DNA of 64,000 nt from a virus. The stretch's first letter is position 1, and each line of letters opens with the position of its first letter. Shown here in pieces: positions 38,322 through 47,842 of the stretch. The notes under the pieces were generated by a model, which worked only from the letters and a program-made list of their open reading frames with translations, ran no database searches and was not told the DNA's origin. A program made the position numbers and the translations under genes. The DNA is taken from IMG/VR virus record IMGVR_UViG_3300027754_003435; one strand, given 5' to 3'.

Positions 38322-38660
38322 CTATCTCCATACTTCTACCGTATGATTCATGTAATTTGTATTTTTCGATTCGTACTTCTCAGTATGCTCTATGTTCATA
38401 TCAAATCTTTTTCTTCGTTCCGTTTTAACCAATGGTCTTAGTTCAATGAAAACATCATTGTCCTTGTAGTTCCATGTCTGCCACATTAAGTGTCCACTCA
38501 AACCATTAACTACTTGAATTAGCGGTATTCCATCTTGTTTCATTTCCTTTACTTTTCTAAACACTTCTTGCATAGCACGTGATTTGTTTTTAAATAACGT
38601 CTGATTTTTTAGAACTTCACCATCAGCAAGCCACTTGCCCGTTTTTAATTGCCATATCAT
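38322..38660 (-). CDS. Hypothetical protein
   Basis: ORF track; AAGGA RBS upstream. Confidence 0.6.
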   Translation of the reverse strand: MIWQLKTGKWLADGEVLKNQTLFKNKSRAMQEVFRKVKEMKQDGIPLIQVVNGLSGHLMWQTWNYKDNDVFIELRPLVKTERRKRFDMNIEHTEKYESKNTNYMNHTVEVWR

Positions 38661-38740
38661 ATTATATTCCTTTATATTTCATCTACTAATATACTAAATA
38701 ATAGAGTAATAACCAAATAAATTATTACTCTATTCTCATA

Positions 38741-39127
38741 TTATCCGTTTACAGATTTTAAAGATTTCACGTAGTCTGGGCCGTATACATTGAAAGAAGC
38801 AGGCGCACCTTTCTTCTCACCAATCGTTACACATATTGAACCACGGGAGATAGCAGTGGGTCTACTGAATGAAGCGGGTTTAAGTAAGTCACCTGCACAA
38901 TGTTTATGGCCATTGATAGAACCATCCTCAAGAGCTATGAATCCCCAAGCAGAGGCAACATTACCACTCTTATTAACACACACAAGTTTAGCATATTTTT
39001 TACCAAATTTAACTTCTATGTGTTCACGTAAATGTTCGGGAAATGGTTGTAAGCCAAACGCAGTATCATAGTGTTCCTTACGTAGTTGCTCTAATATTTC
39101 AACGAATTTTTTAATTTCTCTTAACAT
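38741..39127 (-). CDS. Early conserved phage hypothetical protein
   Basis: GKKYAKL...AWGFI...GDLLKPASF..P...RG pattern; own promoter and leader at 39142-39173. Confidence 0.7.
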   Translation of the reverse strand: MLREIKKFVEILEQLRKEHYDTAFGLQPFPEHLREHIEVKFGKKYAKLVCVNKSGNVASAWGFIALEDGSINGHKHCAGDLLKPASFSRPTAISRGSICVTIGEKKGAPASFNVYGPDYVKSLKSVNG

Positions 39128-39199
39128 AACTTTTGTTCCTTTTGGTTGTTCTTAATCTTACATTACAAATATACGGAATTATCTTCTAATATCAAATCA

Positions 39200-39412
39200 T
39201 TATTTTTCAAGAATAACATAATCTCCAAAATATCTATCAAAGACTTGAAGAAGATTTTCATAATTACCAGCCTTCATTTCATTTGTGATTTCATTCGGAT
39301 TAAGGCCTAATTGTTTTGCGATATTGTTTGCTGTTCCAAGTAGAAAATAAGCATTTCCTTGAGGACCTGTTAAATCAATAACTAATGGACCATTCGTTTT
39401 CTTTCTTATCAT
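39200..39412 (-). CDS. Early hypothetical protein
   Basis: IDLTGPQGNAYFLLG...M.AG.YE.LL..F pattern; leader at 39426-39452. Confidence 0.7.
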   Translation of the reverse strand: MIRKKTNGPLVIDLTGPQGNAYFLLGTANNIAKQLGLNPNEITNEMKAGNYENLLQVFDRYFGDYVILEK

Positions 39413-39480
39413 AACATTTTCCTTTTTGGTTGTTTTTAATCTTACATACAAATATACGAAATTTTTTGGATATAACAAAA

Positions 39481-39651
39481 TTATCTGGTACACAAACCTG
39501 CATCAATCAGGTCAGTTGCAGTTCTACCATAGAAGCCCTGTAATCCCCAAATATGTCCACTATCTATTAGTGTTTGAAATGATTGAATATAAAGTTCTTC
39601 TGTACATTCATTATTACATTCAATGTTCATAATTGCATCAATTATTTCCAT
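39481..39651 (-). CDS. Early small protein (56 aa)
   Basis: Manual ORF MEIIDAIMNIE...FQTLIDSGHIWGLQGFYGRTATDLIDAGLCTR; leader at 39681-39708. Confidence 0.7.
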   Translation of the reverse strand: MEIIDAIMNIECNNECTEELYIQSFQTLIDSGHIWGLQGFYGRTATDLIDAGLCTR

Positions 39652-39738
39652 GATATTTTTTCCTTATTGGTTGTTCTTAATTGGTTGTTCTTAATCTTAC
39701 ATTACAAATATACGGAATTATTCGTTAATATCCTAAAA

Positions 39739-39834
39739 TTATCCGATAACATCAAACATCATAAAAAAGTAAAGTACACAATAAAATAATATTGCCATAC
39801 CAATACCCATTGCTAAATCCTTAATCTTGCTCAT
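39739..39834 (-). CDS. 31-aa single-TM peptide
   Basis: Manual ORF MSKIKDLAMGIGMAILFYCVLYFFMMFDVIG. Confidence 0.45.
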   Translation of the reverse strand: MSKIKDLAMGIGMAILFYCVLYFFMMFDVIG

Positions 39835-39855
39835 ACCCAAATCCTTATATATAAA

Positions 39856-40074
39856 TTACTTAGAAATATATTCTGAATTATAAACACGAGGAGCAGATTG
39901 AACTACTTCCTCTACCAACGACTTACGTGAAGCTGCTTGAAGAACTCTCAACTTTTTATTTAAGTCATTAGTGTTAATCAAGTTACCTAACACATGGTTC
40001 TGATAACAGATAACCAAAGTTATTACAACTCCAAGAGTTAAACCAAGTGTAAAGATATTAAATGCGTTTTTCAT
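39856..40074 (-). CDS. Small membrane-anchored protein
   Basis: N-terminal TM; TATATTTG promoter at about 40095-40102. Confidence 0.6.
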   Translation of the reverse strand: MKNAFNIFTLGLTLGVVITLVICYQNHVLGNLINTNDLNKKLRVLQAASRKSLVEEVVQSAPRVYNSEYISK

Positions 40075-40148
40075 CGTTTCCTAATAGTGTTAAACATCAA
40101 CACACAAATATACGATTTTTTCCGTTCACAACCAACTAAAAAAATAAC

Positions 40149-40203
40149 TTTGGTATTTCAAATAAATTGATTATATTTGTAATGTAAGATTAAGAACAAC
40201 CAA
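40149..40203 (+). promoter_or_regulatory. Host-type early promoter plus conserved leader
   Basis: TTTG(40149)-19 nt-TATATTTG(40172), then TAATGTAAGATTAAGAACAACCAA. Confidence 0.85.
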
Positions 40204-40217
40204 AAGGAAAATAAATT

Positions 40218-40409
40218 ATGAAAAGAGTTGGAGAAAAGGAATTTGACGTAGTTGTTAGCGGTATTGAAGAAGGTGAATTTGGTCCAGAAAAAGCAACAGA
40301 AATTGTTACGGTAGTTGCTAACTCTCCCAAGAATGCGATAAAAAGAGCAGTTGGTGTTTCAAACTTAATAAACCCAGAGTTTGTTTCTTTTATTTCAAAT
40401 TTCCAATAA
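40218..40409 (+). CDS. Early small protein
   Basis: Lies between its own promoter/leader and a terminator. Confidence 0.7.
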   Translation: MKRVGEKEFDVVVSGIEEGEFGPEKATEIVTVVANSPKNAIKRAVGVSNLINPEFVSFISNFQ

Positions 40410-40418
40410 TAGATAAAA

Positions 40419-40451
40419 AAAGAAAGCCTCACTAATTGTGAGGCTTTCTTT
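40419..40451. terminator. Bidirectional terminator
   Basis: AAAGAAAGCCTCAC-TAATT-GTGAGGCTTTCTTT. Confidence 0.9.
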
Positions 40452-40466
40452 ATATGTTTTAATTTC

Positions 40467-41894
40467 TTATTGTAATCGAGCGTCTGCCAACGCTTCCGCT
40501 AACTCACCCATCAATTGTTTGAGGAATGGTATGTAATCTGCTCCTCTACCTGAACCAATGAAATTTAATCCAGATATGTTTGTAATATCACGATGCCCAC
40601 CTGAGCCTTTTACTATAACATCATATACTGTTGTTGTTATACCATTGAGTATTGATTTTTGCTTTGATGAAAGTAATTGATATTGTTTACCTGCAATATC
40701 TTTTACCATATTTTGAAATCCTGGACTCTTCGGTAAATTCATAGCAACCTCACCAAACAAAGCCATGAAGTCATCCATAGTGAAACCAATGGATTCTGTA
40801 CTTCCTTTTTTTATATCCATTTCCATCTTTCTCTTAACATCACCCATTGTAAGTTGCATTGCTTGAAGTTCTGATTTGTGCTTATTCAATATACCCATCG
40901 CTAACTCACCCAAGTTAATTGGATTTGCACCTTTCTTGAATGGATTCTTAGATGCTTGTACCAATCCCATTGGCCAACCAATTACAAGGTACTCAGCAGT
41001 TGGGTTCATCTTGAATGGCGTGTATCTATCGTATCCACCTTTAGTCATTGTACCACCACCGTATTGAACTAAGCAAGTTCCAAACATTGCATATTGACCG
41101 TTCCCGAGTGTTTGTATTTCTCGTGGGCTTGTTATTTGTTTCATCTTTAGAGCGGGTGCTTGTGAAGCAAGGTATGATGCTGTTTTAGCAGGTAAATCTG
41201 CCCATGATAAACCACGTGCTGTAACTTCTTGTTTAATTACATTGTAGATAGAAACAAGTGAAGGACGTGCTTTCATTACTAACGCTTCTAAGAAGCCAGG
41301 TTTGTTCTTGAATGCAAGAAGAACTTTATTAACTACCAATCCCATTGCTAATCTATTTGGTACAGCAGACATAGTTGGATCGAACTCAAATACTGAACGC
41401 ATTACTTGGTCTGGATTAATACCTTGTGAAGCAAAGTCAGCGGAATCAACTGTTGATATAATTTGAATATCTTGTGCAGGAAACAAATCAGTTGGTGAAA
41501 TTTCCTGAGACATCGCTGCAACATTTGAAGGTGCGTGTTTGAATGCAGCAGATGTAGTTGGAGCAACACCTGCTTGTGATTGATGGTGATCGGTATGAAT
41601 GTGTACCATTGGTTTACCATGAGCAAAGTCAACGATAACAACTAATAAACCAGGTTCTGGTTTTTGAACTGCAAATTCCATACCACCATACTGAATTTTT
41701 TCACATTTTACTAACTTAACACCATATTTTTCTAAGTATGCTTTCATACCGATTGCAGTTGTTACACCGTCTAAATCCATGTGAAAGTATATCAAAGCCT
41801 TTTTTCTCGTTGCTGTTAATGCGTTAATGTTTCGGATTCCTGTTTCTGTAAGCGTCTGCTTTGCATCTGTCAACAGGTCTTTTAATTTTATCAT
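40467..41894 (-). CDS. DHH-family phosphoesterase with N-terminal tag
   Basis: HMDLDG, VDFAHG, TDHH and C-terminal SGGH (DHHA1-like GGGH); start MIKLKDLLTD...LTE. Confidence 0.8.
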   Translation of the reverse strand: MIKLKDLLTDAKQTLTETGIRNINALTATRKKALIYFHMDLDGVTTAIGMKAYLEKYGVKLVKCEKIQYGGMEFAVQKPEPGLLVVIVDFAHGKPMVHIHTDHHQSQAGVAPTTSAAFKHAPSNVAAMSQEISPTDLFPAQDIQIISTVDSADFASQGINPDQVMRSVFEFDPTMSAVPNRLAMGLVVNKVLLAFKNKPGFLEALVMKARPSLVSIYNVIKQEVTARGLSWADLPAKTASYLASQAPALKMKQITSPREIQTLGNGQYAMFGTCLVQYGGGTMTKGGYDRYTPFKMNPTAEYLVIGWPMGLVQASKNPFKKGANPINLGELAMGILNKHKSELQAMQLTMGDVKRKMEMDIKKGSTESIGFTMDDFMALFGEVAMNLPKSPGFQNMVKDIAGKQYQLLSSKQKSILNGITTTVYDVIVKGSGGHRDITNISGLNFIGSGRGADYIPFLKQLMGELAEALADARLQ

Positions 41895-41904
41895 TTTATT
41901 TTCC

Positions 41905-42186
41905 TCAAAATGTATCTTGTTTCAAATCTACCGTTATTAAATTCAAATATTCTACACCTTTTAAAGTGAGAGAACTATCGCCATATTTAATTTTATCTTT
42001 CATCCTACTAACAATATCAAAGTCATACTTTCTAATATCTTTAATCTTATGTAATTTAAGTATTACCCAATCTATTTTTTCCAATACTTCTTCTTTTTGT
42101 TCCGACGTTTTATACTGAACATAGTCTGTATATTTCAAATCGGAAACATCATCTATTTCTAAACTTGCCCAAAACGAATTTAACAT
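41905..42186 (-). CDS. Hypothetical protein
   Basis: ORF track; within an operon. Confidence 0.6.
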   Translation of the reverse strand: MLNSFWASLEIDDVSDLKYTDYVQYKTSEQKEEVLEKIDWVILKLHKIKDIRKYDFDIVSRMKDKIKYGDSSLTLKGVEYLNLITVDLKQDTF

Positions 42187-42188
42187 AA

Positions 42189-44081
42189 TTAATTCTCTGC
42201 AAGCTTCTTAGAAACTAACTCTCCATTTAAAGTCTCATTAATCTCAACAGCAAAAGTAAATGATTTACCACTAATACAGGAGAAAGAAATAAAATTGTAA
42301 ACAAAGTCTTTATCCATAGGAGTAGAATCGGTCGAACCTTTATAGTCAGAAAGACTAAAAACGGATATACTATAATATGTAGAGACGTCAATACTTTTAC
42401 TTTTAACTGGCAGTATTTTTAGAGCAATTATTGGCAATGTCTTTATAGAACTAAAATACTCTACCATTTTACTGTTATGTTTAACTTCATACTTATTACG
42501 AGAGTCATATTTTATTATGTTTATACCATCGTATTTTATTAACGGAACATCTACTGCACCACCAAATATTGCCTCAGCGTTTATTTCAGTTGCAAACTTT
42601 ACCAAACTAGCAACCGCAGCTTTTGTATCAGACGTGTTAACGGTTTTTAGATAACTATTTATCATATTATTTAACACCGCTATGGCAATGAAATTTGCAT
42701 TTGACATTAGAATATTCTTTAACTCTTTACGAGTAAATGTGAATGGGATAGTTCCATTCAATAATTCAGAACACTTTGCTACTTTGCCACCCGAAGTCAG
42801 TTTTCCGGATCCTGTTGTTGCTGTTTTAACTGAATCTATCATACCTGTTATTCTTTTCAATTCATCAATAAATTCACGATTATCATCTGATAAACTCTCA
42901 AACTTAACTCTAAAAAAATTCTTAGTTGAATACTCTTTAACAGTATTCTGAAACTGATTGAATATCGTGTTATATTGTTTTGTATCGTTATCGAATTTGG
43001 CATACCAATCTAATAGTTGATCTCTGAAACACGATGTTATAGGAATGGGTGCATTTTCCGCTTCATCTTCTGTTATTGGTTTACCAGAACGATTCATGTG
43101 TTCTACTATTTCCTTATCGAACTCTTTTAATACGGCTTCGGCATCCTCAGACATCTTCTTTATTTTAACCTGTGCATCCACCACACTTTTACTCGTTGGT
43201 GAAAATATATCAATTATATGTGACTTTATTTCTTTTGCCCAATCGGTAAATTTAGTCATAAGTGCCGTTACTTTTTTTACAAAGTTTGAGCCTACATCTT
43301 TCATCTTTGAAATTGTGTCTTTTACCATATCAGCAACACCTTCGTTTGTAGGTGAAGGTAAAACATTTTTTCCAAATTTTGATTGGAATAAAGTAGTTAC
43401 TTTTCCAACACGACCATTTAACGCTTTCAAACTAACACATGCCATCACGGTACTATCGTCTTTTAATTTTACCAAAGACTCGCCTGCTGGTTTCATACTT
43501 TTCAACAAATCACCTTGAAATGCATCTTGAACTCTACCAGGGCCCCAAAATAAAACAACATCTGCAGTAAATGTTTTACTCTGTTCATTGTGTTTTGATA
43601 CTGATTTTAATTTTGCATAAAAGTTAGTTATATTGGCATGAATAAATCCATCGACTTTATTACCACCATATATTGCTTTTAATGTTGGAGCATTCGGATT
43701 AACAGTTCCTGCAATAACAACATCATTAAATGTTTGGAATGCTTTTTCATCATCCTTTATTTTATTCAACAGAGTAAGCATCCAGTCTTTGCCAGCAGGA
43801 TCCCAATCGTAATTTTTATTGAGTATGCTAATCATATCATTTGAAGTTAGATTTTCCTTATCTGTTACTGCAAACATCAATGGTATGGTTTCAAAAACCT
43901 TTGTTTTATTTTTTAGACTTTTCCAAGAATCCCTGATTATCTTTTCGTTGGGACTCATGTTTTCATCGGCATTTTTTTTCTCGTTCATATGTCTTTTCTT
44001 ACCATTTACTTCACGTATTAATTTTTTAATACAAGTAAGTATCTTTCTTTCATTTTCTAATAGTACTTTGTACCGATTCAT
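42189..44081 (-). CDS. Large hypothetical protein, possible virion internal protein
   Basis: 630 aa; several LxE sites near the N-terminus; a TADVV...VSLK segment recalls a PD-(D/E)XK motif; ATATTTAT upstream. Confidence 0.7.
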   Translation of the reverse strand: MNRYKVLLENERKILTCIKKLIREVNGKKRHMNEKKNADENMSPNEKIIRDSWKSLKNKTKVFETIPLMFAVTDKENLTSNDMISILNKNYDWDPAGKDWMLTLLNKIKDDEKAFQTFNDVVIAGTVNPNAPTLKAIYGGNKVDGFIHANITNFYAKLKSVSKHNEQSKTFTADVVLFWGPGRVQDAFQGDLLKSMKPAGESLVKLKDDSTVMACVSLKALNGRVGKVTTLFQSKFGKNVLPSPTNEGVADMVKDTISKMKDVGSNFVKKVTALMTKFTDWAKEIKSHIIDIFSPTSKSVVDAQVKIKKMSEDAEAVLKEFDKEIVEHMNRSGKPITEDEAENAPIPITSCFRDQLLDWYAKFDNDTKQYNTIFNQFQNTVKEYSTKNFFRVKFESLSDDNREFIDELKRITGMIDSVKTATTGSGKLTSGGKVAKCSELLNGTIPFTFTRKELKNILMSNANFIAIAVLNNMINSYLKTVNTSDTKAAVASLVKFATEINAEAIFGGAVDVPLIKYDGINIIKYDSRNKYEVKHNSKMVEYFSSIKTLPIIALKILPVKSKSIDVSTYYSISVFSLSDYKGSTDSTPMDKDFVYNFISFSCISGKSFTFAVEINETLNGELVSKKLAEN

Positions 44082-44200
44082 TTAAAATATCTCCAATGTA
44101 AACGAGGAACATACCAATAAATATAATAAAAATTAAAATAAACAGAAATCGCCAGACATAATATCTAGCGATTCTATAATTTAATTAATACACTACTTGA

Positions 44201-45376
44201 TTATTGTACTACAATCCAAAAAGCGCCATTGAACCAAAGTGTTCTAGATTGATTTGGTAAAATTACACAACTAATTGCTGTATCGATTATCCATGTATTA
44301 TTATTTAGTGTAACTGTATTTGCAGTTGAACCATTGTAGATTGTAACGAGTTGACCGATAACTGGGTTTGATACCGTGACCAAGTTATAATCCACAGCAA
44401 CGCGGGAAACAATCCATCTTGAACTCGAAGGTAGACTCGCTGGAGCGGATGTATAAATGGAAACACTACTTGTTCTGTGGTGTTGATTAACTTCCCACGA
44501 AATTCCATTAGTTCCACGTGTGAGAGTTGAACCGACTTGAGCGGTTTCTGCACCATCAAGTGAAAGAATGGTAACTGAACCACGTGTGAAATTTCTTGGA
44601 AAAAGAAGTGAATCTCTAAGAAACCTAGCCGTATCTGTAACAGAAGCATGTTTTGCGTTCATTGCAAAAGCACTTGTTTCTGAATATAATGAAATACCAG
44701 ATTGTAATGAATATAAAGTGGTATCTGAGTATGCAGATTGTTTTGATTTCAATGCAAACTTTGCTGTATCTGATTTCAAGGAATGGGTAGAATTTGCCGA
44801 ATACCCAGCCAAATCAGAGTATGCAGACGAGATAGAAGAATCTGATGTATTAGCGTGCCTGGCATGGTTCGCTGTATCTGAAACTAATGATGTATCTGAA
44901 TATACTGCTCTGATTGAACTACGTGAGAATGTTGCTGTATCAGATAGGGTTGCTCTCTTTGCAAGGTTAGCTCTTTCTGCAAAGTTAGCAGTTCTTGCTT
45001 CTGCTGCTTCTAAAGAATATTTAGACAGTAAAGAATACGGTACAGATTGAATTCTTAATCTACCGAGTGTTACACCGTTCACGTATGCGTATACAAATAA
45101 TGGTTTACCATAATTGTTGATGAATACACTATCGGGTACACTTTCAAGTAAATAATTTAATATACCGTTTTGAATTTCTACTTCTCTATTTTCACGATAC
45201 CAGAAAGCAGATGAATTCAAATGTGAGTTTTCATCGAATGTTTCATTCGCAATATAAACTGAAAACTTAGATGCAGTTGATGTACCAGCAGGAACGTGTG
45301 CTTGATACTGAAGATTTGTTTGTGCCGATAATGTAACCGAGAATAAAGCAAATATTGCTAAAAAAACTTGTTTCAT
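44201..45376 (-). CDS. Secreted fibre/adhesin-like protein with SDTA-rich stalk
   Basis: Signal peptide, LQYQA...SVPYSL.S motif, then A/S every third residue with recurring SDTA/SDTS. Confidence 0.7.
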   Translation of the reverse strand: MKQVFLAIFALFSVTLSAQTNLQYQAHVPAGTSTASKFSVYIANETFDENSHLNSSAFWYRENREVEIQNGILNYLLESVPDSVFINNYGKPLFVYAYVNGVTLGRLRIQSVPYSLLSKYSLEAAEARTANFAERANLAKRATLSDTATFSRSSIRAVYSDTSLVSDTANHARHANTSDSSISSAYSDLAGYSANSTHSLKSDTAKFALKSKQSAYSDTTLYSLQSGISLYSETSAFAMNAKHASVTDTARFLRDSLLFPRNFTRGSVTILSLDGAETAQVGSTLTRGTNGISWEVNQHHRTSSVSIYTSAPASLPSSSRWIVSRVAVDYNLVTVSNPVIGQLVTIYNGSTANTVTLNNNTWIIDTAISCVILPNQSRTLWFNGAFWIVVQ

Positions 45377-45390
45377 CTTTCCCTCATTGA

Positions 45391-45819
45391 TTAATTAAAA
45401 ATAACTATTGTTTTGTAAACTTGATTGTCTGTTGTAATAACTCTTACAAAGAATGAGCCCCTATATGGAAGTTGAATTTGTTTTGATAATAAATCAATTC
45501 CATCACCGATTGTAAATCCTTTCAAATCAGACACTTCAATTCGCATTGGGTTTGGCACATCTATTCTTACTATTCCATCTGATGTTGGATTAGGAAACGC
45601 TAATCCTGATAATTCCATTGGAATCGGTTCGTTCACAGAAGTTGTAAGTACCCTTGGTGTGCGTATTCCAACATGATAGCCATTCTTATAACCAGCAACT
45701 ACTTGACCGAGAGTTGCATTACCGTTTCCACCACTAACTATTTTTTTCAATAGATATGGTTGTGTGTCTCCTGCAGTCATTGACATAACTGCGAGAAACA
45801 CTACAATGATATACTTCAT
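45391..45819 (-). CDS. Small T9SS (Por) C-terminal sorting domain protein
   Basis: Signal peptide, ATLGQ, AFPNP...IEVSDLKG...GSFFVRV...K..V pattern of the T9SS type A CTD. Confidence 0.75.
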   Translation of the reverse strand: MKYIIVVFLAVMSMTAGDTQPYLLKKIVSGGNGNATLGQVVAGYKNGYHVGIRTPRVLTTSVNEPIPMELSGLAFPNPTSDGIVRIDVPNPMRIEVSDLKGFTIGDGIDLLSKQIQLPYRGSFFVRVITTDNQVYKTIVIFN

Positions 45820-45932
45820 TGTGTTTTACTCCTTCTAAATGTTTATTGAAACTTTGGTATATCTTGTTTATTTGATTTATTATTTGTTGTATCTTTTTTA
45901 CAACACGAATGATCTTTTTTATGTTGTTTAGA

Positions 45933-46004
45933 CTTAATTGGATTTTCGTTTGAATGTGCCGTAATACAGCATAATAATACTATTAGAAATAGAATACTTT
46001 TCAC
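45933..46004 (-). pseudogene. Truncated duplicate of the TlpA signal peptide
   Basis: GTG start with RBS; reads MKSILFLIVLLCCITAHSNENPN then stop. Confidence 0.6.
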
Positions 46005-46029
46005 AATTGGCTCCTTTTTTAATTAATAT
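45942..46029. repeat. Direct repeat copy 1 (88 bp; pairs with 46537..46624)
   Basis: 82 of 88 identical by manual alignment. Confidence 0.95.
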
Positions 46030-46059
46030 AATTCTCAAAATTCGATATGAGTACGTTTT

Positions 46060-46599
46060 TTATTTTATTACCATTGCACGCATAATTGCAGACTTAAAAT
46101 CTTCTTTGCTTCTTGCACCAACTATTTTTTCTGAAATACTTCCATCTGCTTTGATAATAAATGTAGTAGGAATAGCTCCAATTCCATCAAAAGCGTCTGC
46201 AACTTCATCATTCCCAATTAACACTATATAAGGCATATTTTTTAAGCGGACAAATTTGCTTACAGTTTTTAAAGCGTCATCATCTCTATCCATCGAAACA
46301 CCTAAAACTAAAACTTCATTTTCAGAAAACTCTTTATAAAGTTCAATTATATCTGGAATTTCTTTTCTGCAAGGAGGGCACCATGTTGCCCAAAAGTTCA
46401 AGAATATTACCTTTCCAGCACCATACTGAATTAAATTACTAAAATTGGTTCCATCTTTCCATGTAAAAGTTGATGCCTTGTCAGGAACCATTGATCTACT
46501 AACTATTTCAATAGGAAAAACCTTGACTTTTACTATATTTTCGTTTGAATGTGCGGTAATATAGCATAATAATAGTATTAGAAATATAATACTTTTCAC
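46060..46599 (-). CDS. TlpA/thioredoxin-like disulfide reductase, exported
   Basis: Signal peptide, NFWATWCPPC and IPTTFII motifs. Confidence 0.92.
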   Translation of the reverse strand: MKSIIFLILLLCYITAHSNENIVKVKVFPIEIVSRSMVPDKASTFTWKDGTNFSNLIQYGAGKVIFLNFWATWCPPCRKEIPDIIELYKEFSENEVLVLGVSMDRDDDALKTVSKFVRLKNMPYIVLIGNDEVADAFDGIGAIPTTFIIKADGSISEKIVGARSKEDFKSAIMRAMVIK

Positions 46600-46624
46600 A
46601 ATTGACTCCGTTTTTAATTAATAT
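46537..46624. repeat. Direct repeat copy 2 (88 bp; pairs with 45942..46029)
   Basis: Covers the RBS and signal peptide of the TlpA gene. Confidence 0.95.
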
Positions 46625-46627
46625 TGT

Positions 46628-46960
46628 TTATGCATTTGGATTAGAGTCTCGGATTATTTGTTTAATCCATTCATAAATTGTTTCATCATGTGCATTTACT
46701 TTCCATTTTCTTATGTTTCTATAATCCGTCTCTTGTGTTCCAAAAGGACGGACATCGGAAACTTTAACAACATGACCTGTTTGAAATTGGATATGCCATG
46801 CAACTTTTTCCACACCATCAAATTCATCACCATATTCAGTAGAGAGATTTGGATTACCAAACGCTTTCACCAAATGTTTATATGCACATTCCATAACACC
46901 AACTTGTGGTGTCATTTTAACCACAATATCTTTACCCATTCTAAACTTGGGGTAATTCAT
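46628..46960 (-). CDS. Hypothetical protein
   Basis: ORF track. Confidence 0.6.
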   Translation of the reverse strand: MNYPKFRMGKDIVVKMTPQVGVMECAYKHLVKAFGNPNLSTEYGDEFDGVEKVAWHIQFQTGHVVKVSDVRPFGTQETDYRNIRKWKVNAHDETIYEWIKQIIRDSNPNA

Positions 46961-46975
46961 AGTAACCTCTCTTAA

Positions 46976-47164
46976 TTATTTTTTATAATCCGTTTCGTAA
47001 AATCCGTTACCCTTTAGTATGGGTTTACTTGAACTAAAACTTTCTATTTTAGTTAATTCACTATTTTTGCCACATTTACATTTTGGTATTGGAGAAGAAG
47101 ATAATGGAACATAATGTTCATCTACCTTATTGCAAGTGTTACAATTGAAATCATATATTGGCAT
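46976..47164 (-). CDS. FmdB-family zinc-ribbon protein
   Basis: MPIYDFNCNTC...CKCG...LKGNGFYETDY. Confidence 0.85.
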   Translation of the reverse strand: MPIYDFNCNTCNKVDEHYVPLSSSPIPKCKCGKNSELTKIESFSSSKPILKGNGFYETDYKK

Positions 47165-47166
47165 AT

Positions 47167-47334
47167 TTAATGAACTCCAAAGATTTGTTTCACAGTTAAC
47201 TGTATAAGATAAAAGGCAATACCAATCGGTACTCCTAATAAAAATACACTTATTATTGCTGCAATTGTGTATATCGCGTAGAATATTGGTGTAAGAATAC
47301 CAATGATAAAAAATTCAAATATTTTATTTAACAT
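47167..47334 (-). CDS. Small membrane protein (55 aa)
   Basis: Manual ORF MLNKIFEFFIIGILTP...KQIFGVH; fills the gap between two genes exactly. Confidence 0.6.
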   Translation of the reverse strand: MLNKIFEFFIIGILTPIFYAIYTIAAIISVFLLGVPIGIAFYLIQLTVKQIFGVH

Positions 47335-47339
47335 AACAA

Positions 47340-47657
47340 TTAAGCCTGTGTAATACTTTCAAAAACCATTTTGTAATCAACCGCATTCAGATTGATCATT
47401 CCATTTAAAAAACTCAAATCTGTACCTCTTAAATCTATTTTTACATAGCGTTTAAGAGTATCATGTATTATTGGGGATATAGTAATTATAAAATCTGTTG
47501 CATCAAGAGAAGTATCATTCATACTGAGTAGAAATAACCGCTCATCATCAATAATTCTATTCAATTTATTTTTCAAATCTGTATCAAAATTAATTAAATC
47601 TACAATAGTTCTTGTATTAAAATTCATAAGTTTGATAAATAATATTTGAAAAATCAT
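47340..47657 (-). CDS. Hypothetical protein
   Basis: ORF track; start position uncertain. Confidence 0.55.
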   Translation of the reverse strand: MIFQILFIKLMNFNTRTIVDLINFDTDLKNKLNRIIDDERLFLLSMNDTSLDATDFIITISPIIHDTLKRYVKIDLRGTDLSFLNGMINLNAVDYKMVFESITQA

Positions 47658-47820
47658 TAAATGGAACGCCAGCCAAATATGAATAAGCCATTGATTTTAT
47701 ATCTTCGTCAGTTAATCCATTCTCACGATAATCAAGTAAATCTTTTTCCCTGATTTTTATATAGTTACCGTCACTTGAAAATAAACGCCATCCATCTACA
47801 AAAACAAAATCGTTAACCAT
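47617..47820 (-). CDS. Hypothetical protein
   Basis: ORF track. Confidence 0.55.
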   Translation of the reverse strand: MVNDFVFVDGWRLFSSDGNYIKIREKDLLDYRENGLTDEDIKSMAYSYLAGVPFNDFSNIIYQTYEF

Positions 47821-47842
47821 AGAATATAACCACTAATATAAA

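Noticed and set aside
40190-40432. Minus-strand 80-aa ORF
   Set aside because: It is the shadow of 40218..40409 (+), which has its own promoter, leader and terminator.
43045-45050. Long antisense ORFs 43045..43518 and 44568..45050 as overprinted genes
   Set aside because: They are in-register shadows of the sense genes, explained by codon bias, with no promoter or motif support. The same applies to other antisense ORFs in the track.
44201-45376. Fibre-like gene as a virion tail fibre
   Set aside because: It has a Sec-type signal peptide and is paired with a T9SS CTD gene, which fits an exported protein better. A virion role is not excluded without proteomics.
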